A program made the position numbers and the translations under genes. Below, piece by piece: positions 63,869 to 64,000 of a stretch of 64,000 nt of DNA. Numbering within the stretch: position 1 is the stretch's first letter; each line of letters opens with the position of its first letter. The DNA is from Octopus sinensis. Taxonomy: Eukaryota. Where the stretch lies: contig NC_043003.1 of the NCBI RefSeq assembly GCF_006345805.1, positions 26,536,001 to 26,600,000 on the forward strand. Reading direction: 5' to 3'. The notes beneath the pieces were generated by a model that made no database searches, was not told where the DNA came from, and saw nothing but the letters and a program-made list of their open reading frames with translations.

Positions 63869-64000
63869 TACGAGGAGGTACTGAAACGTTCCTGTCTTGA
63901 AGGGTATTGTGAAAGGCATGGTTGGAGGCCCAACCATCCGAGTTCTGTTACAGGGCTTTGAAGAACTTAAGGACTGTTGCAATAAGTGTATGAATCTGAA
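63869..64000. mobile_element. Probable mariner terminus running off the window
   Basis: TACGAGGAGGTACTGAAACGTTCC resembles a TACGAGGG-type mariner TIR. Confidence 0.45.

Overview
AT-rich, microsatellite-dense animal genomic DNA. The repeat families look like coleoid cephalopod, probably Octopus; this is inferred from repeat content and no search was run. One host gene is recognisable: EXOSC9/RRP45 (exosome core subunit) on the + strand. I traced 13 GT-AG coding exons from 18080 to a stop at 63523-63525. They total 1269 nt in one continuous frame (422 codons plus stop), followed by AATAAA at 63635. The ATG-bearing first exon was not found. Almost everything else is transposon-derived or simple sequence. 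This includes a near full-length decayed RTE LINE (4708-9150, -), a 5'-truncated RTE fused to a tRNA-Glu fragment, an ORF-less 5'+3' RTE derivative and many RTE 3' ends. There are also at least three tRNA-headed SINE families, piggyBac/hAT/mariner derivatives, CR1, HERO-like, R4/Dong-like and Penelope fragments, five long inverted repeats and complex minisatellites. Nearly all ORFs in the supplied track are artefacts of simple repeats or TE remnants. The most notable items are minimal hammerhead-ribozyme motifs (one behind a tRNA-like Pol III head in a head-to-head pair), the tRNA-Glu/RTE chimera, and RTE 5' ends that share a core but carry different tandem monomers. Coordinates were read by eye. 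Exon ends were counted base by base, while TE ends are approximate.
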